Shown piece by piece: positions 26,580-40,750 of a stretch of DNA of 64,000 nucleotides. Source of the stretch: Octopus sinensis (lineage: Eukaryota). A model generated the notes under the pieces. That model worked only from the letters and a program-made list of their open reading frames with translations. It was not told where the DNA came from and made no database searches. Each line of letters starts with the position of its first letter. The first letter of the stretch is position 1. The stretch is from assembly GCF_006345805.1 (NCBI RefSeq), contig NC_043000.1, forward strand, positions 141,236,001-141,300,000. The letters run 5' to 3'. The translations under genes and the position numbers were made by a program.

Positions 26580-26990
26580 TTTTCTACTATAAGCGCAAGG
26601 TCAGCAACTTCGGGGGTGGAGGCTGCATCAACCCCAGTGTTCAACTTGTACTTATTTTATCAACCCCAAAAGTTGACCTCAGCAGAATTTGAACCCAGAA
26701 CATAATGACAGACAAAATACTGCTAAGCAGTGTTTTCCCGCTGTGGTAACAATTCTGCCAGTTTGCCACCTTAAATCATAATAATAATAACAGTTTCAAA
26801 TTTTGGCCCAATGACCTCAATTTTGAGGAGGGGTATGTCAATTACATTGACCCCGCCAGCATTCAACTGGTACTTATTTTATCAATCCTGAAAGGATGAA
26901 TGGTAAAATTAACCTAGGGAGAATTCAAACTCAGAACATCAAGATTGACAAAATTACCTTAAGCACTTTGCCCAGCATGCTAACAGATCT
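26580..26990 (-). mobile_element. Two older SINE family C copies
   Basis: Degenerate matches to the C consensus. Confidence 0.7.
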
Positions 26991-28046
26991 TTATATTATT
27001 CGTTGGGCCTACGGTTAAATTTTGTGCTCTTTTCTCTCATCCAAAACTGCACTTTTTCATCAAGTACAAGCAAACTCTATAGGTTATTCTGGCAAGATTA
27101 CTGCTTGATCAGATATAGCTGTGGGGTTAAGAAGCTTATGTTCCAACTATATGTTTCCAGGTTTCATCTCACCCCAGGATATTTTATGCAAGTATTTTCT
27201 ACCATATAATATTCAGTTGATCAAAGCCTTGAGAATAAGATTTGGTTGATGGAAACTGCATAGAAGCTTATCAAATCAGAGGGACTGCTACTGTTCTTGG
27301 GTGGCATATTTAACCATTGCTTGGTTTAACACCGCTACTCGACTCTTGGTGGAGCTTTCTTTAGAAGACACCCTTCAGTTGCAAGTATTTAAGTTGGATA
27401 ACATTCTTCCTACTTTCTACTAATCTCATGAACACTGCTCTGCTCTGCTCTTCTACCTGGTTATGCAATTTAGAAAACATTCATTGATAGGATTAGTATT
27501 AAAAGATTGGAGAACATATTAAATTTTTCTGCATGTTCTGCACACTACAGTTTGCCTAATTATATCAAAGCCACACAAAATAATAATACTCTTAAGTGAA
27601 AGCTTAGACAGAGTATTGATAACGAGATTGAGAAGGTAGTGTAAGGTCAAAATTTGTTGATCCTGCCATAATGTTAATGATTTTCTCTGACCACATGCCA
27701 TCCTTACACTGGGAATAGTAATGCATATTCTAATATGAATCTCTTATTGATTAGATTGAACCTTATTACCTCTACTCATGTGGCGACAAAGTAACAATTA
27801 CGTTGTTTATTATATTCACAAAATATCTTGATTATAGTTATACACATGGTCGTCTCTGGCTGATAGGCTGTACGCCTGTAGATGCTTCTTCTGAAGCACA
27901 TTACAGCATAATTAACTAAATAGAAAAAAAGTATGAGGTACTGACATCGTAATACCTTCTAACTACTACACTTGCATGGTTATTACCTCTATTGTTAAGT
28001 GAGTAAATCAATTACATCCTATTACAAAATCAGTGATGTTCATCAG

Positions 28047-28470
28047 TACTCTTTACTCTTTACTCTTTTACTTGTTTCAGTCATTTGATTGCGGCCATGC
28101 TGGAGCACCGCCTTTAGTCGAGCAAATCGACCCCGGGACTTATTCTTTGTAAGCCCAGTACTTATTCTATCAGTCTCTTTTGCCGAACCGCTAAGTAATG
28201 GGGACGTAAACACACCAGCATCGGTTATCAAGCAATGCTAGGGGGGCCAAACACAGACACACAAGCACATACACACACACACACTTATATATATATACAT
28301 AAATACGACGGGCTTCTTTCAGTTTCCGTCTACCAAATCCACTCACAAGGCATTGGTCGGCCCAGGGCTATAGCAGAAGACACTTGCCCAAGATGCCACG
28401 CAGTGGGACTGAACCCGGAACCATGTGGTTGGTTAGCAAGCTACTTACCACACAGCCACTCCTGCGCCTA
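28047..28470 (-). mobile_element. SINE family AB
   Basis: Near-consensus copy. Confidence 0.9.
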
Positions 28471-28860
28471 GTAGGGGATAAATTTTATTTACTTCTAGAG
28501 GACAGTTATAAGATACCTTATCTCTTTTTGCTGCAGTCAAAAGAAGGGTTGAACACAACACCTTCAAGCTAACAAACCAGCAAAAGGGTTTTTGTGTGTT
28601 CATTTCACCTGCTAAAAGAAGCAAACACATTTTCTACAAAATACAACCATCTTAAAAATAAAAAGATGCATTGAAAAAAGCTAGTCTCATGTGTCCCTAA
28701 AAAAGACAAGATGAATAGTCACAGCTGAAATACTTTCAATCCTTGGCCCACTAAAATAGTGTTGACTTGGTTAAACAGTCACTTGTTGATTTTTCAGTGC
28801 TGCTATGGCCTATGATGATGAGGTGTTGCTGCTCTGTGATGCTTATTTACAGCTTCATAG

Positions 28861-29921
28861 TATATCTGTCCTAAGCAAAATGGCATTACTTTTTGACTCA
28901 CTCTCGTATGTTGCTAGCTGAAGGTGCTAGGCATAATGCATTGGAGATACCTATTTCTTTACTACCCACAAGGGGCTAAACACGGAGGGGACAAACAAGG
29001 ACAGACAAAAGGATTAAGTCGATTACATCGACCCCAGTGCATAACTGGTACTTAATTTATCGACCCCAAAAGGATGAAAGGCAAAGTCAACCTCGGTGGA
29101 ATTTTAACTCAGAACGTAACAGCAGACGAAATACCACTAAGCATTTCACCCAGCATGCTAACATTTCTGCTAGCTCGCCACCTATCAATGTATAGGAGAT
29201 ACCAACAAGAGAACATGCATGGTGTATGTATACTTGCTTTTGTCACTAAGTAAAAACTATATTTCGCGCTACTTGTAGCACTGAATATATGACAGGACAC
29301 TTCTATAAATGTACTTATTATATCGTATTCTTGTTGATTGAGAACAAACCAAATTGGAAGAGTTAAGGAAGTTCTCCATAGACATAACTCTGTGCCAACA
29401 AGGGTACACAAACTTTTTGGTTAATATTCCAGAATCCCTTCCTATTTGGTTTGTTCTCAATCAACAAGAATACGATATAATAAGTACATTTATAGAAGTG
29501 TCCCGTCATATATTCAGTGCTACAAGTAGCACGAAATATAGTTTTTACTTAGTGACAAAAGCAAGTATACATACACCATGCATGTTCTCTTGTTGGTATC
29601 TCCTATACGTTGATAGGTGGCGAGCTAGCAGAAATGTTAGCATGCCGGGTGAAATGCTTAGTGGTATTTCGTCTGCCGTTACGTTCTGAGTTAAAATTCC
29701 ACCAAGGTTGAATTTTATCGGGGTCGATAAATTAAGTACCAGTTATGCACTGGGGTCGATGTAATCGACTTAATCCTTTTGTCTGTCCTTGTTTGTCCCC
29801 TCTGTGTTTAGCCCCTTGTGGGTAGTAAAGAAATAGGTATCTCCAAGGCATTATGCACCTTCAGCTAGCAACATATGAGAGTGAGTCAAAAAGTAATGCC
29901 ATTTAGTTTAGGACAGATATA
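28861..29921. repeat. Long inverted duplication (arms 28861-29360 and 29438-29921, 77-bp spacer), each arm holding a C SINE plus unique DNA
   Basis: Arms are reverse complements with scattered substitutions and a short deletion in the right SINE; the ORF track shows the same peptide on both strands. Confidence 0.93.
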
Positions 29922-30424
29922 ATTACCAGCACAGGAACATGTATCATACGTTAAAATGAAGCTGGTCCTCTGTAAATCACATCCCTACTTCTCAACATAG
30001 TCACCGTTTCTCTCAGTAGCAATGTTCCACCTTCGTATGAAAGCATGTATCCCTGTCCCGTAAAATTCTGTTGACTGTGCTTTGAGACACTTCTTCACTA
30101 CAGTTTTCACTTGCTCGTCACTGGAATAATGTTTGTCTCTCAAACCCTTTTTCATGGGGCTGAAGAGATGATAGTCCAGTGATGAGCAAGTGAAAACTGT
30201 AGTGAAGAAGTGGCTCAAAGAATAGTCAACAGAATTTTATGGGACAGGTATACATGCTCTCATTCAAAGGTGGAACATTGCTATTAAGAGAAATGGTGAC
30301 TATGTTGAGAAGTGGGGATGTAATGCACAGAGGACCAGCTGTATTTTGATGTATGATACATGTTCCTGTGTTGGTAATTATACCTGTCCTAAACAAAATG
30401 GCATTACTCTTTGACTCACCCTCA
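29876..30424. mobile_element. Palindromic mariner-derived MITE (two inverted 3' ends), TA-flanked
   Basis: TIR TGAG(A/G)GTGAGTCAAA(A/G)AGTAATGCC with TA at 29874-75 and 30425-26; arms encode the mariner C-terminus YHLFSPMKKGLRDKHYSSDEQVK...RRWNIATERNGDYVEK*. Confidence 0.88.
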
Positions 30425-30769
30425 TACATGATACAGTGATCTTGGTGCTTGCAGTAAAATGATCTCTGTTTTCATTATTCATTTTTATTGTCAAATGTCT
30501 ATCTTATTGAGTGTTACATGTCTTTGCCAAGCCCACAGTACTGTTTGAATGTTTACAACACTATTAACTCACTTAGCTGTGGCTCTCATAATGAGCTTTT
30601 CTCATACAACAAGAGACTAGCTAAACTGATGTGATATCAGTTATTCAATAACATTATTTCTTCAGAATTTATCATTTAAATTTGATACATTTCCAGCTTG
30701 CGCATTTCAATATATGTAAAAAGTTCTTTACAAATACATACATATATATATACATACATACATACATAC

Positions 30770-30801
<32 letters not shown>

Positions 30802-31992
30802 ATATATATATTATATATATATATATATGTTCAGTTCTTTTTCACATTATCCTGCTAGGCGATACATTTTACTTAACTGCTTGCCTTAACTCAGAATACA
30901 GAAACTTACTTTAAATTCTCATTGTCCAAAAATTAGATTTCCTCATTTAAATATTACTTGCTGCAAATAAGATTCTACTTCCCATTTTTTTTTTTTTCTC
31001 AAATCTTATTTTCAATGCTTTTTAAATTTTTATTTTTATTTTATTGAAAAGTGATCTTTTTTTATTCTGTCACTTTTAAATATTACCATACAAAGTTTAT
31101 TGTTTTTATATTTTAATTTTTTTTTTCCAAAAATTTTGTGTACTTTATCTATTTATTCATTTAATTCACTCAGAATTATTTTGAAAAATCTGTATATTAA
31201 TTAGAATAGAATTTCCCGTTTTTCTGTTTTATTTTCCTTTTATGTTATTTCTAGTGTTTTTATCTTCAAAGACATTTTTTTACTTCTCCAAAACATTTAT
31301 AGAATTTCTTGAATTGTAAAGACTGTCAGTTCTATACCATTCATTTTCATAGCACTATTTAACATTTCAATTTTGCATTCACTCAGGGTTGTCGATTTCT
31401 TCCATCTGATTCTAAATCTTCACTAAACATTTTTGAATGCTGAAATATAAAAAATAAAAAAAACATTCATCAGAAGAGAAACAATGAAGGATTTTAAATT
31501 TAAATTTAAATTTAAAAGAAAAAAAAAAAAAGATACAGATAATGTATGTCTGTATTACGAAGATAGAATATAGCTAGAGCAAATGTATGTTGATAACATA
31601 GTGGGACAGTGGTAAGAAAGATATGATTGTTGAACTACATGTTATAAATAAAATGTTTATGAGTTCTATCTGAAGCCAAAGATATGCTAATATGTAAAAA
31701 TATGACATTTGAATAACGATTTTGGGGAATATAATATTATAATATTCCAAATGCAACACAGAGGGCACTCAAAAGAGGAAATTGGTTATCCAAACAACAC
31801 ATGTTATTTTAGAAGTGGTAAAGGGGAAAATTCAGATCAGATATACAGACATGTAGTCATTTGGTTTTGTGTATTTATTATTTACGCAGAAATTTTATTA
31901 CTGATAGTGAATATCACTGCTATATAAAATAGCTGAAGAATATATCTATCTCCATGTAGTTAGGCAGAAAGCCTTCATTGTAGAATTGGGTA

Positions 31993-32214
31993 TACTCTTA
32001 CTCTTTTACTCTTTTACTTGTTTCAGTCATTTGACTGCGGCCATGCTGGAGCACCGCCTTTAATCGAGCAACTCGACCCCGGGACTTATTCTTTTTGTAA
32101 GCCCAGTACTTATTCTATTGGTCTCTTTTTGCCGAACCGCTAAGTTATGGGGACATAAACACACCAGCATTGGTTGTCAAACAATGCTAGGGGGACAAGC
32201 ACAGACACAGAAAT

Positions 32215-32266
<52 letters not shown>

Positions 32267-32397
32267 GATAGGCTTCTTTCAGTTTCCATCTACCAAATCC
32301 ACTCACAAGGCATTGGTCGGCCCGGGTCTATAGCAGAAGATACTTGCCCAAGGTTCCATGCAGTGGGACTGAACCCGGAACCATGTGGCTGGTTAGC
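31993..32397 (-). mobile_element. SINE family AB (head truncated)
   Basis: Reverse complement of the consensus. Confidence 0.88.
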
Positions 32398-32749
32398 ATA
32401 CTGTTTAATTCCATTTTAGCTCTGAGGTGTGTAGCATAATAGTTAAGCAATTGGATTCTTCGATACCTGGCCTGGGAGACATGTTGTATCATTGTGCTAG
32501 GTACTTTACTTCATGTTTCTCCATATCACGCAGCTGGCAAAAATGAGTATCAAGATTGACAAGGCACCTGGCCTTTGTTAAATTAGCATAGCAACATTAA
32601 TGAGTCAATGCAATGATAAATAACTTCTTTGGCATGAAGATGGGGACAACTAGCAGTAGACTGTTATATCATATCTTTATGCTTTCAGTCATGTTTAAGC
32701 AGAAATGATCAAAAGCATTCCAGCCATGATTGTTCTACCCTTTATTCTT

Positions 32750-32990
32750 ATTTCTTTACTACCCTCAAGGGGCTAAACACAGAGAGGACTAACAAGGACA
32801 GACAAACGGATTAAGTCCATTACATCGAACCCCCCCCCCCCAGTGTGTAACTGGTACTTAATTTATCGACCCCGAAAGGATGAAATGGAAAGTCGACCTC
32901 GGCAGAATTTGAACTCAGAACATAATGGCAGATGAAATATGGTTACGCATATCGCCCGGCGTGCTAACGTTTCTGCCATCTCGCCGCCTT
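32750..32990 (-). mobile_element. SINE family C
   Basis: Reverse complement of the consensus with an internal poly-C run. Confidence 0.88.
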
Positions 32991-33599
32991 ATTTTCTACC
33001 CTTTATTCTGTCATAATGTATGTAGGACTATACTATTCAATGAGTCATTCTTTACATTTTAAGATGTCGTGCTGTGATGTGAAAAAGAATAAATGACTAT
33101 TTCTAGCAGGTTCAATGACCATATAGAAGCTCACCTCTATGATTCTTACAGTTGCAACTTTGATTATCAATTCTTATTCCACCACTATCATCATCAATTT
33201 ATCTGTCAGTAGATTCAACAGAAATAAAAACTAATTAAATGGCCCCAAACCTCAACTTTATCCCCAAAAGATATTACAAAAAATTCTTCCTTGTGGAATA
33301 AACCCCACTGAACATTTATGTAAAAAAACAATGCCCATTTTAATGGTAATGGTAATTGAGGTAAAACATACAGTTGCTGGTAGACAGAAAATTAAGTTGT
33401 CTGTATAATTGTACAAATGAAAAATTAAAGGCACTATTTTGATTTTGATTATTAATAATTTTTGGAAAAAACATGGAAGATCAACATTGCATTGTAGATG
33501 ACTCTACAAGAATATGTTGATCTATATTATAAAGATCATTGGTGTCAAGAACTTTTTTTTCTTATTAACCTTACGCTTTATTTATAGAACACATTACTG

Positions 33600-33704
33600 C
33601 CTCTCTGTCTGTCTGTCTGTCTCTCCCTCACTCTCTGTCTCTGTGTCTCTCTGTATACATATATACTTACATACATACATAATATATATATGTGTGTGTG
33701 TGTG

Positions 33705-33745
<41 letters not shown>

Positions 33746-34112
33746 GTGTGTGTGTGTGTGTGTGTGAGTGTGTGTATGTATATGTATGTATGTATGCATG
33801 CATGCATGTATGTATGTATGTATGTATGCATGTATGTATGTATGTATCATCATCATCATCATCATCGTTTAACGTCCGTTCTCCATGCTAGCATGGGTTG
33901 GACGGTTCGACCGGGGATCTGGGAAGCCAGAAGGCTGCACCAGGCTCCAGTCTGATCTGGCAATGTTTCTACAGCTGGATGCCCTTCCTAACGCCAACCA
34001 CTCCGTGAGTGTAGTGGGTGCTTTTTACGTGCCACCTGCACAGGTGCCAGGTGAGGCTGGCAACGGCCACGGTCGGATTGGTGTATTTTATGTGCCACCA
34101 GCACGGAAGCCA
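33600..34112 (-). mobile_element. RTE 3' UTR fragment (33846-34112) whose tail runs into (TG)n/(TATG)n microsatellites
   Basis: Matches the RTE tail family. Confidence 0.85.
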
Positions 34113-34169
34113 GTATGTATGTATATATATATATATGTATACATTTGTTAGTTGTTATAATGTGAACAT

Positions 34170-35322
34170 TTAATATTTAGTAGAATGCTCTTTGCATTTT
34201 TCAATGCAAGGGCCCTATTAGGCATGTTACTTATCAGATGGTGAATATTCTCTGGTGGAATTTCTTGCTAAGTTTCATGCAATAATCTCAAAAGATCTGG
34301 TTTTGAAGATGCTTGCTGTCTCTGTTTATGAAATGTCCTGTCCATTATGCCCCAGAGGTGTTCTATAGGGTTCATATCTGGTGACTGGCTTGGCTACGGA
34401 AGCTTTCTAATGCCATTCTTTTCCAACAAACCTTGGGTCATTTTTAACCATGTAACAAGGAATTCCATCTTCCATAAATAGAGAGTGTTCTTTAATCATT
34501 TCACCACTGGAGAAGTTTGGAAGGAGTCCTTTCTGCAATATGGACACATATTTATTTGAGTTTATCCTTCCCTCACACTCTACCAGCTCTGACCAACCAT
34601 TGCTTCAAATTATTCCCCAGACCATCGCAGAATAGCTGCTGTGTTTCATTGCTGGTTGCAATTTTTTCACATCAAATTCTTGATCACAGAGTCTCCAGAC
34701 CCACACTTGACCACTGTTAGGAAATACAGCAAATTTGGACTCATCAGAGAATGACAATGCCCCAAAATGCTAATGGCCTCTCTACCATTTCACTGGTCCA
34801 ATCTTTTCTCTGTTTCTTATTGGCTGGTCAAAGATGTGGCTTCCTTCTTCCTGCTCTGCCATAGTAACCAAGATTGTGGAGATACCTGACAGTTGTTCTG
34901 GGACTGGCATCAACTTGCTCTGCTATGTCAGAAGTCTTGCAACGAGGATTATCCTCCACACTTCTCTTAGCAAAGAGAAGGGTCCTGTCAGAGGGCCCTG
35001 GTTGATCTGGACAAGGTAATGTGGATTCTTTCCCCTCTCTGGTAAATTGCACAATCACTCTATTAACTGTAGAAAGCGGGATCCCAAAGGTATTCTGCAA
35101 TTTTACACTAATTATATCCACCTTCAGAATGACCCACAATACGGCCTCTTTGAAATTCAGATAGTTCCAAGGCTTCTTTTGTACATGGCATGATTAAACA
35201 GTCACATATAGAATCTGAAACATAAAAATGTCAATTAATAAGAAATATAAACCTTTACAAGTTAGAATAAACAGAAAACGATGTTTTATGGGGGTGTCTA
35301 TTTACTTCTAACATGTGTGTGT
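34170..35322 (-). mobile_element. Decayed Tc1-family (DD34E) transposon; transposase pseudogene 34170-35139
   Basis: HTH region [11 protein letters not shown]...GRAGRRKP; DESKF-like first-Asp motif, MEDGIPC, PSQSPDMNPIEHLW, terminal STKY*; frameshifts and stops; one putative end at about 35322. Confidence 0.88.
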
Positions 35323-36214
35323 GTATATATATTAGAGGGATATCACATGAGATAATATATGAGGAATAACACACTGTATACTATCTGAAATCTTTGAAAG
35401 TTGAGGTAAGACACGTTATGTGAAGTAGTGCTTGGAAACAACATTTTATAGAACCAGATTCAACACATATCTACCTAAATACTTTTCCTGTATAGTCAGA
35501 AATAAGGATAGTCTATTGCACAAGCATTCTGAACAGTTTGTAATTGAGTAATACTTTAGTGGAACAATAAATATGATTATAACAGATGCATAGGTAACCT
35601 AGAAAGGGTTGTAAAAACGAACGACACAATGTAACTGTGTATATAGGAGTTAAATGAAAAGTTAATTGTCAGATATGCCAAACTGTGAGATACATAGCTA
35701 TTAGGATTTTATCAATACTCTGTTGAATGGATCAGTATTTGAAGGTGATGCAATTTTAAAATATAGCATGACGAGATTTTATAATGATATGGTTGTGCAA
35801 AAGTTGGTTAGAAGTGATACAGCATATTTTCCATTAATGAAAATGAAAAAGAAAATGATGTAATATGGATGAGATAAAGAGAATCAAATCTCATCAAAGC
35901 TATACATATCAGTATCAATATTGTAATGCAAACCATAGCGTGAAAAATTGACAATGATGATTCTGATGAGGAAGATTATGATCAAGGTAGCATATCTAAC
36001 GTTCAGAATTCAATACATGGTTGATCAAAAGGATTTCTTTCAGTTGACTAAATTTAGTAAATCATGAATATATCCCACTATGAGGAAATGTGTCAATGAT
36101 CGGGTAACAGAAATGTAATGAAAATATTTAGCCCTAACAATCTCTTCAAATGCTGGATTTCATTACCACCAACAATCTCTTCTGGAGAAAGACCATCATT
36201 AATACTCCAATCAC

Positions 36215-36520
36215 AATGAGTGGGCCTTCTCTGTAGGATTAGAACATACTTCAGCCACCAACAATTCTTGATACTCAATAATGCTCTGGTGAAACCAGTA
36301 ATAGAGTATTGCTTTCACATTTGGGATGCTGCTGCTGCTATTGTTGTTACTACTACTGCTGCTGCTACTGCTGCTGCTGCTGTTGCTACTGCTGCTGCTA
36401 CTGTTGCAATTGCTGCTGCCGCTGCTGTTGTCCCTGCTGCTGTGCTCATAGATACACTTCAGTTTCTGGCTCAAAGATGTGATGTCTTTTCTCTGTATTT
36501 TCTGCCATTGCTAAAATGGC
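36215..36520 (+). mobile_element. CR1/L2-group LINE C-terminal fragment split by a (GCT/ACT)n tract
   Basis: GLLCRIRTYFSHQQFLILNNALVKPVIEYCFHIWD resembles the LYKALIRPxLEYCSxIW motif. Confidence 0.7.
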
Positions 36521-36685
36521 CTTTGCTTCTTGGAAGCAGCAGTCCTCCTTTTATCACCACACTCGTCCTGTCCAGCTGGAATCTGTGTCTTGTTTGGGCC
36601 CAGGTTAGCTCTGATTGACTAACTTCAAAGACAATATAGCCATTGCCATCCTGGTTTTATTTTATAGCTATGTAAAAAAGTAAAG

Positions 36686-37001
36686 ATCCCTTTGGTCATG
36701 AAGGACCATGGGATTGCACCTAGAAAATTCCCCTCCATGGCACAAGTCCAGGCAAGAAGCCTGTCGTATATATCTATATGTGTATATATATGTGTGTGTG
36801 TTTGTGTCTGTATTTGTCTTCACAACATCGCTTGACAACTGATGCTGGTGTGTTTATGTCCCCGTAACTTAGTGGTTTGGCAAAGGAGACCGATAGAATA
36901 AGTACTAGGCTTACAAAGAATAAGTCCTGAAGTTGATTTGCTCAGCTAAAGGCGGTGCTCCAGCATGGCCACAGTCAAATGACTGAAACAAGTAAAAGAG
37001 A
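36686..37001 (+). mobile_element. F-family tail fragment joined to an AB 3' module
   Basis: Segmental matches to both families. Confidence 0.75.
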
Positions 37002-37007
37002 GCAGAC

Positions 37008-37939
37008 AGTATCAAATTGGTTTGCAAAATTTCATTCTGGTAACTTTGGCCACACAAATGAGCAATGCAGTCGACCATAAACAAAGGTGGATGATGACAA
37101 TCTGAAAGCCACCGTCGAGTCAGATCCATCTCAAAGTGCCCGTGAATTATTGGTGTTGTTTGGCATTAGCAAGCAAATATTATTGACTCACCTCGGTAAA
37201 GTGAAAAAGTTGGATAAGTGGGTTCCACATAAACTCAACGAAAGCCTGCATTATGCTACTTTATCATCACAAAAATGAATCATTTTTGAATCGAATTGTA
37301 ATATGTGATGAGAAATGCAACAACCATAAACGTTCAGCAGAATGGTTGGGCAAAGACGAGCCACCAAAGCACAGTCCAAAAAGCAAAATTCATCAAAAGA
37401 AGCTGATGGTGTGTGTTTGGTGGTTTGGCAGGCATGATCCATTATGATTTCATTAAACGTGGTTCATCAATCATGGCTAAAGTATACTGTAGCCAACTGG
37501 ACCAAATGATACAGAAACTTACAAAAAAACAGCCTAGATTAGTCAACAGATCCACCCCTATTTTATTGCAAGACAATGCCAGACCACACATCACAAAAAT
37601 AACATTGGCGAAACTACAGGAGTTGAAGTTAGAAGTTCTCCATCATCCACCATCCACACCTGATCTTGCTCCCACTGACTACCACTTCCAGAATTTGGAT
37701 AACGTTTTGATAGGAAAAATATTTAATTCTGACGTTGCTGTAAAACAGGCCTTCCAAGATTTTATTGACTCTAGATTGCCAGGCATTTGCAGTTCTGGCC
37801 TGGACAAGCTACCACTGAAATGGTAAAAATATATTGACAATATGGGTGCATACTTTGATGAATAAAACTAGTCCTTGTATTTATAAAACATTAGCAAACT
37901 TTTTTCTTTTCTACAGATTTCATACTTGATAACCTAATA
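37008..37939 (+). mobile_element. Decayed mariner (DD34D) transposon, 5'-truncated, right TIR retained
   Basis: WVPHKL, IVICDEK, LLQDNARPH and HPPSTPDLAPTDYHF motifs over frameshifted ORFs 37087-37826; ends TTCATACTTGATAACCTAATA. Confidence 0.92.
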
Positions 37940-39229
37940 TAAATGCAAAGAGCAAAAGTGAAAATATGTTCTTATTCCATTTCATATACTATATCTTTTT
38001 TTATTTTACTTAATCAGTGGGGAGACTGTTTCCAAGCCTCTAAGATTGGTTAAGTAAAACAGAGAAAAAAATCTTGATATCTTTAGACAAAAGACCAAAT
38101 AAGGAATGCTTGTCACAGAGATAACTCTGCTAAAGGCAACTAAAAGAATGTGATGGTACCAAATGTAAATCTTTTAACTGAAAACAGCTTGAGTCCATCC
38201 AGCAAGCTTCTGTACAATTTAAAACTTCAAAATTTTACTCACAAGAATTGGGTTCCTCATAAGAGACATTTCCACAAAATGCCACATGATGGGATTGAAC
38301 CTAAACACAATGGCAAAATCAATTTCTTAACCACACAGACATGGCTACGCCCATAAATGCTTGCAAGCTGATTGGTGCTGCTAGACTGATTTAACCTATT
38401 CAATAGTCATATACCAAGTAAATGCAACATGGGATACAAAGCTTGTTATAAGTAAAATGTTGTTTCTTTAAGATTATGGATATGCTAAATATATTATTAA
38501 ATACATCAATGAAATTATTGATATATTTAATTATTGATATATTTTACTATTTGTTGTTCTTCCAGTGCATAATTAACAATCATTGTTACATCTTTTCCTT
38601 CCCCAACAAAATAAAAGCAGTGAAAGGAAACAAACTAAAATTAATATGTCAAAATATGGGAAATTGTAACAACCATTAATTCTTTGTTATTTTACGATAA
38701 ATTCTTCATTAGAGATTAATGATAAAAGTCTAAAGTAATTAAAACACACTATTGAATCGAAATTATGCATTGTTTTTTCATAGAATTTCCTTCCAAAATG
38801 GAGATAAATTTATCCATAATTATTAATTAAAGAATTTCAATCAGAAATTATCTATGAATGTTTTCAAAATAGATTAAAATAAAATATTAAGAAAAAATGA
38901 TTAAGAAAGAAGGAATATTAAAGTAATATGTTTCTATTTATTAAATGTGAATATGTGTACATAGAGAAAAAGTAATAACTGCAATTGAAGACAATGCTGG
39001 TGATGATCTTTATTTATTAGCCACAAGATCCTTTAGAGATGTGAAAAAACATTAACCAAAGGGCTTACAAAGAAAATAAATGGTGTGGAACTGATAAGTT
39101 ATAAAAAATAAAAAGTGAAGTGAAAGACGTTACACTGTACATAAATATATGAACTAAAATTTTGAAACACAAATATTTGCATGGAAATAAAGGTGTATGA
39201 TAAAACACGGTAATTAAAATGAGATATCT

Positions 39230-39838
39230 TTAACCCTTTCATTACCAAACTGGCTGAAACTGCCCTTGGCTCTGAGTAGAAATATCATGTTTTCATAAGT
39301 TTTGAATTAAAATCTTCCACCAAACCTTTGTCGCAATTTATGTTCTTAACACTAGCTGAATGACACTCTTTTACTTGTTTCAGTTATTTGACTGCAGCCA
39401 TGCTGGAGCACTGCCTTTAGTTGAGCAAATCGACCCCAGGACTTATTTTTTGGAAGCCTAATACTTATTCTATTGGTCGCTTTTGCTGAACCGCTAAGTT
39501 ATGGGGACATAAACACACCACCATCGGTTGTCAAGCGATGTTGTCGAGACAAACGTATTCACACACATACACATATATACGACGGGCTTCTTTCAGTTTC
39601 CGACTACCAAATCCACTCACAAGGCTTTGGTTGGCCCGAGGCTATAGCAGAAGACACTTGCCCAAGGTGCCATGCAGTGGGACTAAACCCGGAACTATGT
39701 GGTTGGTAAGCAAGCTACTTACCACACAGACACTCCTGTGCCTAACTAAGCTATTTTACTAAATTCTTTGTTATATTTAAAGTAATTGAAAGAAGCACAG
39801 AGCATCTCAAAATAAATACAGTAACGAAAGAGTTAAGA
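39230..39838. mobile_element. piggyBac-type MITE (TTAA-CCCTTTC...GAAAGAG-TTAA) carrying an AB SINE (39363-39742, -)
   Basis: TTAACCCTTTCATTAC at left and GTAACGAAAGAGTTAA at right; nested SINE. Confidence 0.75.
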
Positions 39839-40459
39839 AGAAATAAAATATGAAAACTTATTAACTAGATTTGGTTATAGTACTCTGCAGCTTAGCTTGC
39901 CTGACTGCTTGCCTGCCATTACTTGTATTGTCATCCTATGCACCTAATAGTTTTTGAGTTCGAAGGGACTGAAAAACATCCAAGTCTTTAGAGTATCACT
40001 GCTTCAGATAATTAAAGTCTCTTTTGTTTATACTGTAGTGGACTCCTCTCTCTCTCTCTCTCTCTCTCACTCTCTGTTATATATACATGAATACGGATGT
40101 AGTAGATAACATTTTTACACGTTTTCTGTATTCGAAACTAAACTGTGCCTTTGTTATTGTAAATTCATCAGAATATCCATGATATCACAGATATATTACT
40201 TTATCTATTATCTGTTGGTTTGGCTTTTCTTTGGTCTCAGCTTTTCATTCACCTCTTCATCTTCATTGTTTTCTGAGGTGGAATATCTTTTTAATTTGAA
40301 GAAATTGTTCCTCCTCACCAATCTTATCTGTTTTGTGCTGCCTATCATTTTTATGGTGGAGGTGGGTTTTTTTTTTCCATAATCACTGACATCCAGCTAA
40401 GTAAGATCGCTGTCATCCATCCATACATACAGGTTTGTCCTTTACATGGCTAATGCCAT

Positions 40460-40657
40460 GTAAAATGCACTCATGCTGGTGCTGCATAAATGCACTCAGG
40501 CTAGTGGCTCATAAACAGCACCCAGCCCACTGGTTAGCATTAGGAAGGGCATCTTGCTGTAGAAAGCATGTTACAATGGACAACTGGAGTCTGGACAGCT
40601 CCCCTGCAGGCCAGCTCATATCAAACTGTCCAATATATGCGAGCAGGGAAAACAGAC

Positions 40658-40691
<34 letters not shown>

Positions 40692-40750
40692 CGACGATGA
40701 TGATGATGACGATGATGATGACGATGACGATGATGATGATGATGATGATT
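40460..40750 (+). mobile_element. Old RTE 3' end with expanded (GAT/GAC)n tail
   Basis: TTAGCATTAGGAAGGGCATC...TGTAGAAA motif followed by about 90 bp of GAT repeats. Confidence 0.75.

Noticed and set aside
37087-37826. mariner ORFs as a domesticated SETMAR-like gene
   Set aside because: Several frameshifts, 5' truncation and a retained TIR indicate a dead transposon.
40215-40402. 62-codon open frame after an AG on the minus strand (LDVSDYGKKKPT...SQTNR*)
   Set aside because: The purine-rich strand gives open frames easily and the frame depends on a 10-base homopolymer; no homology.
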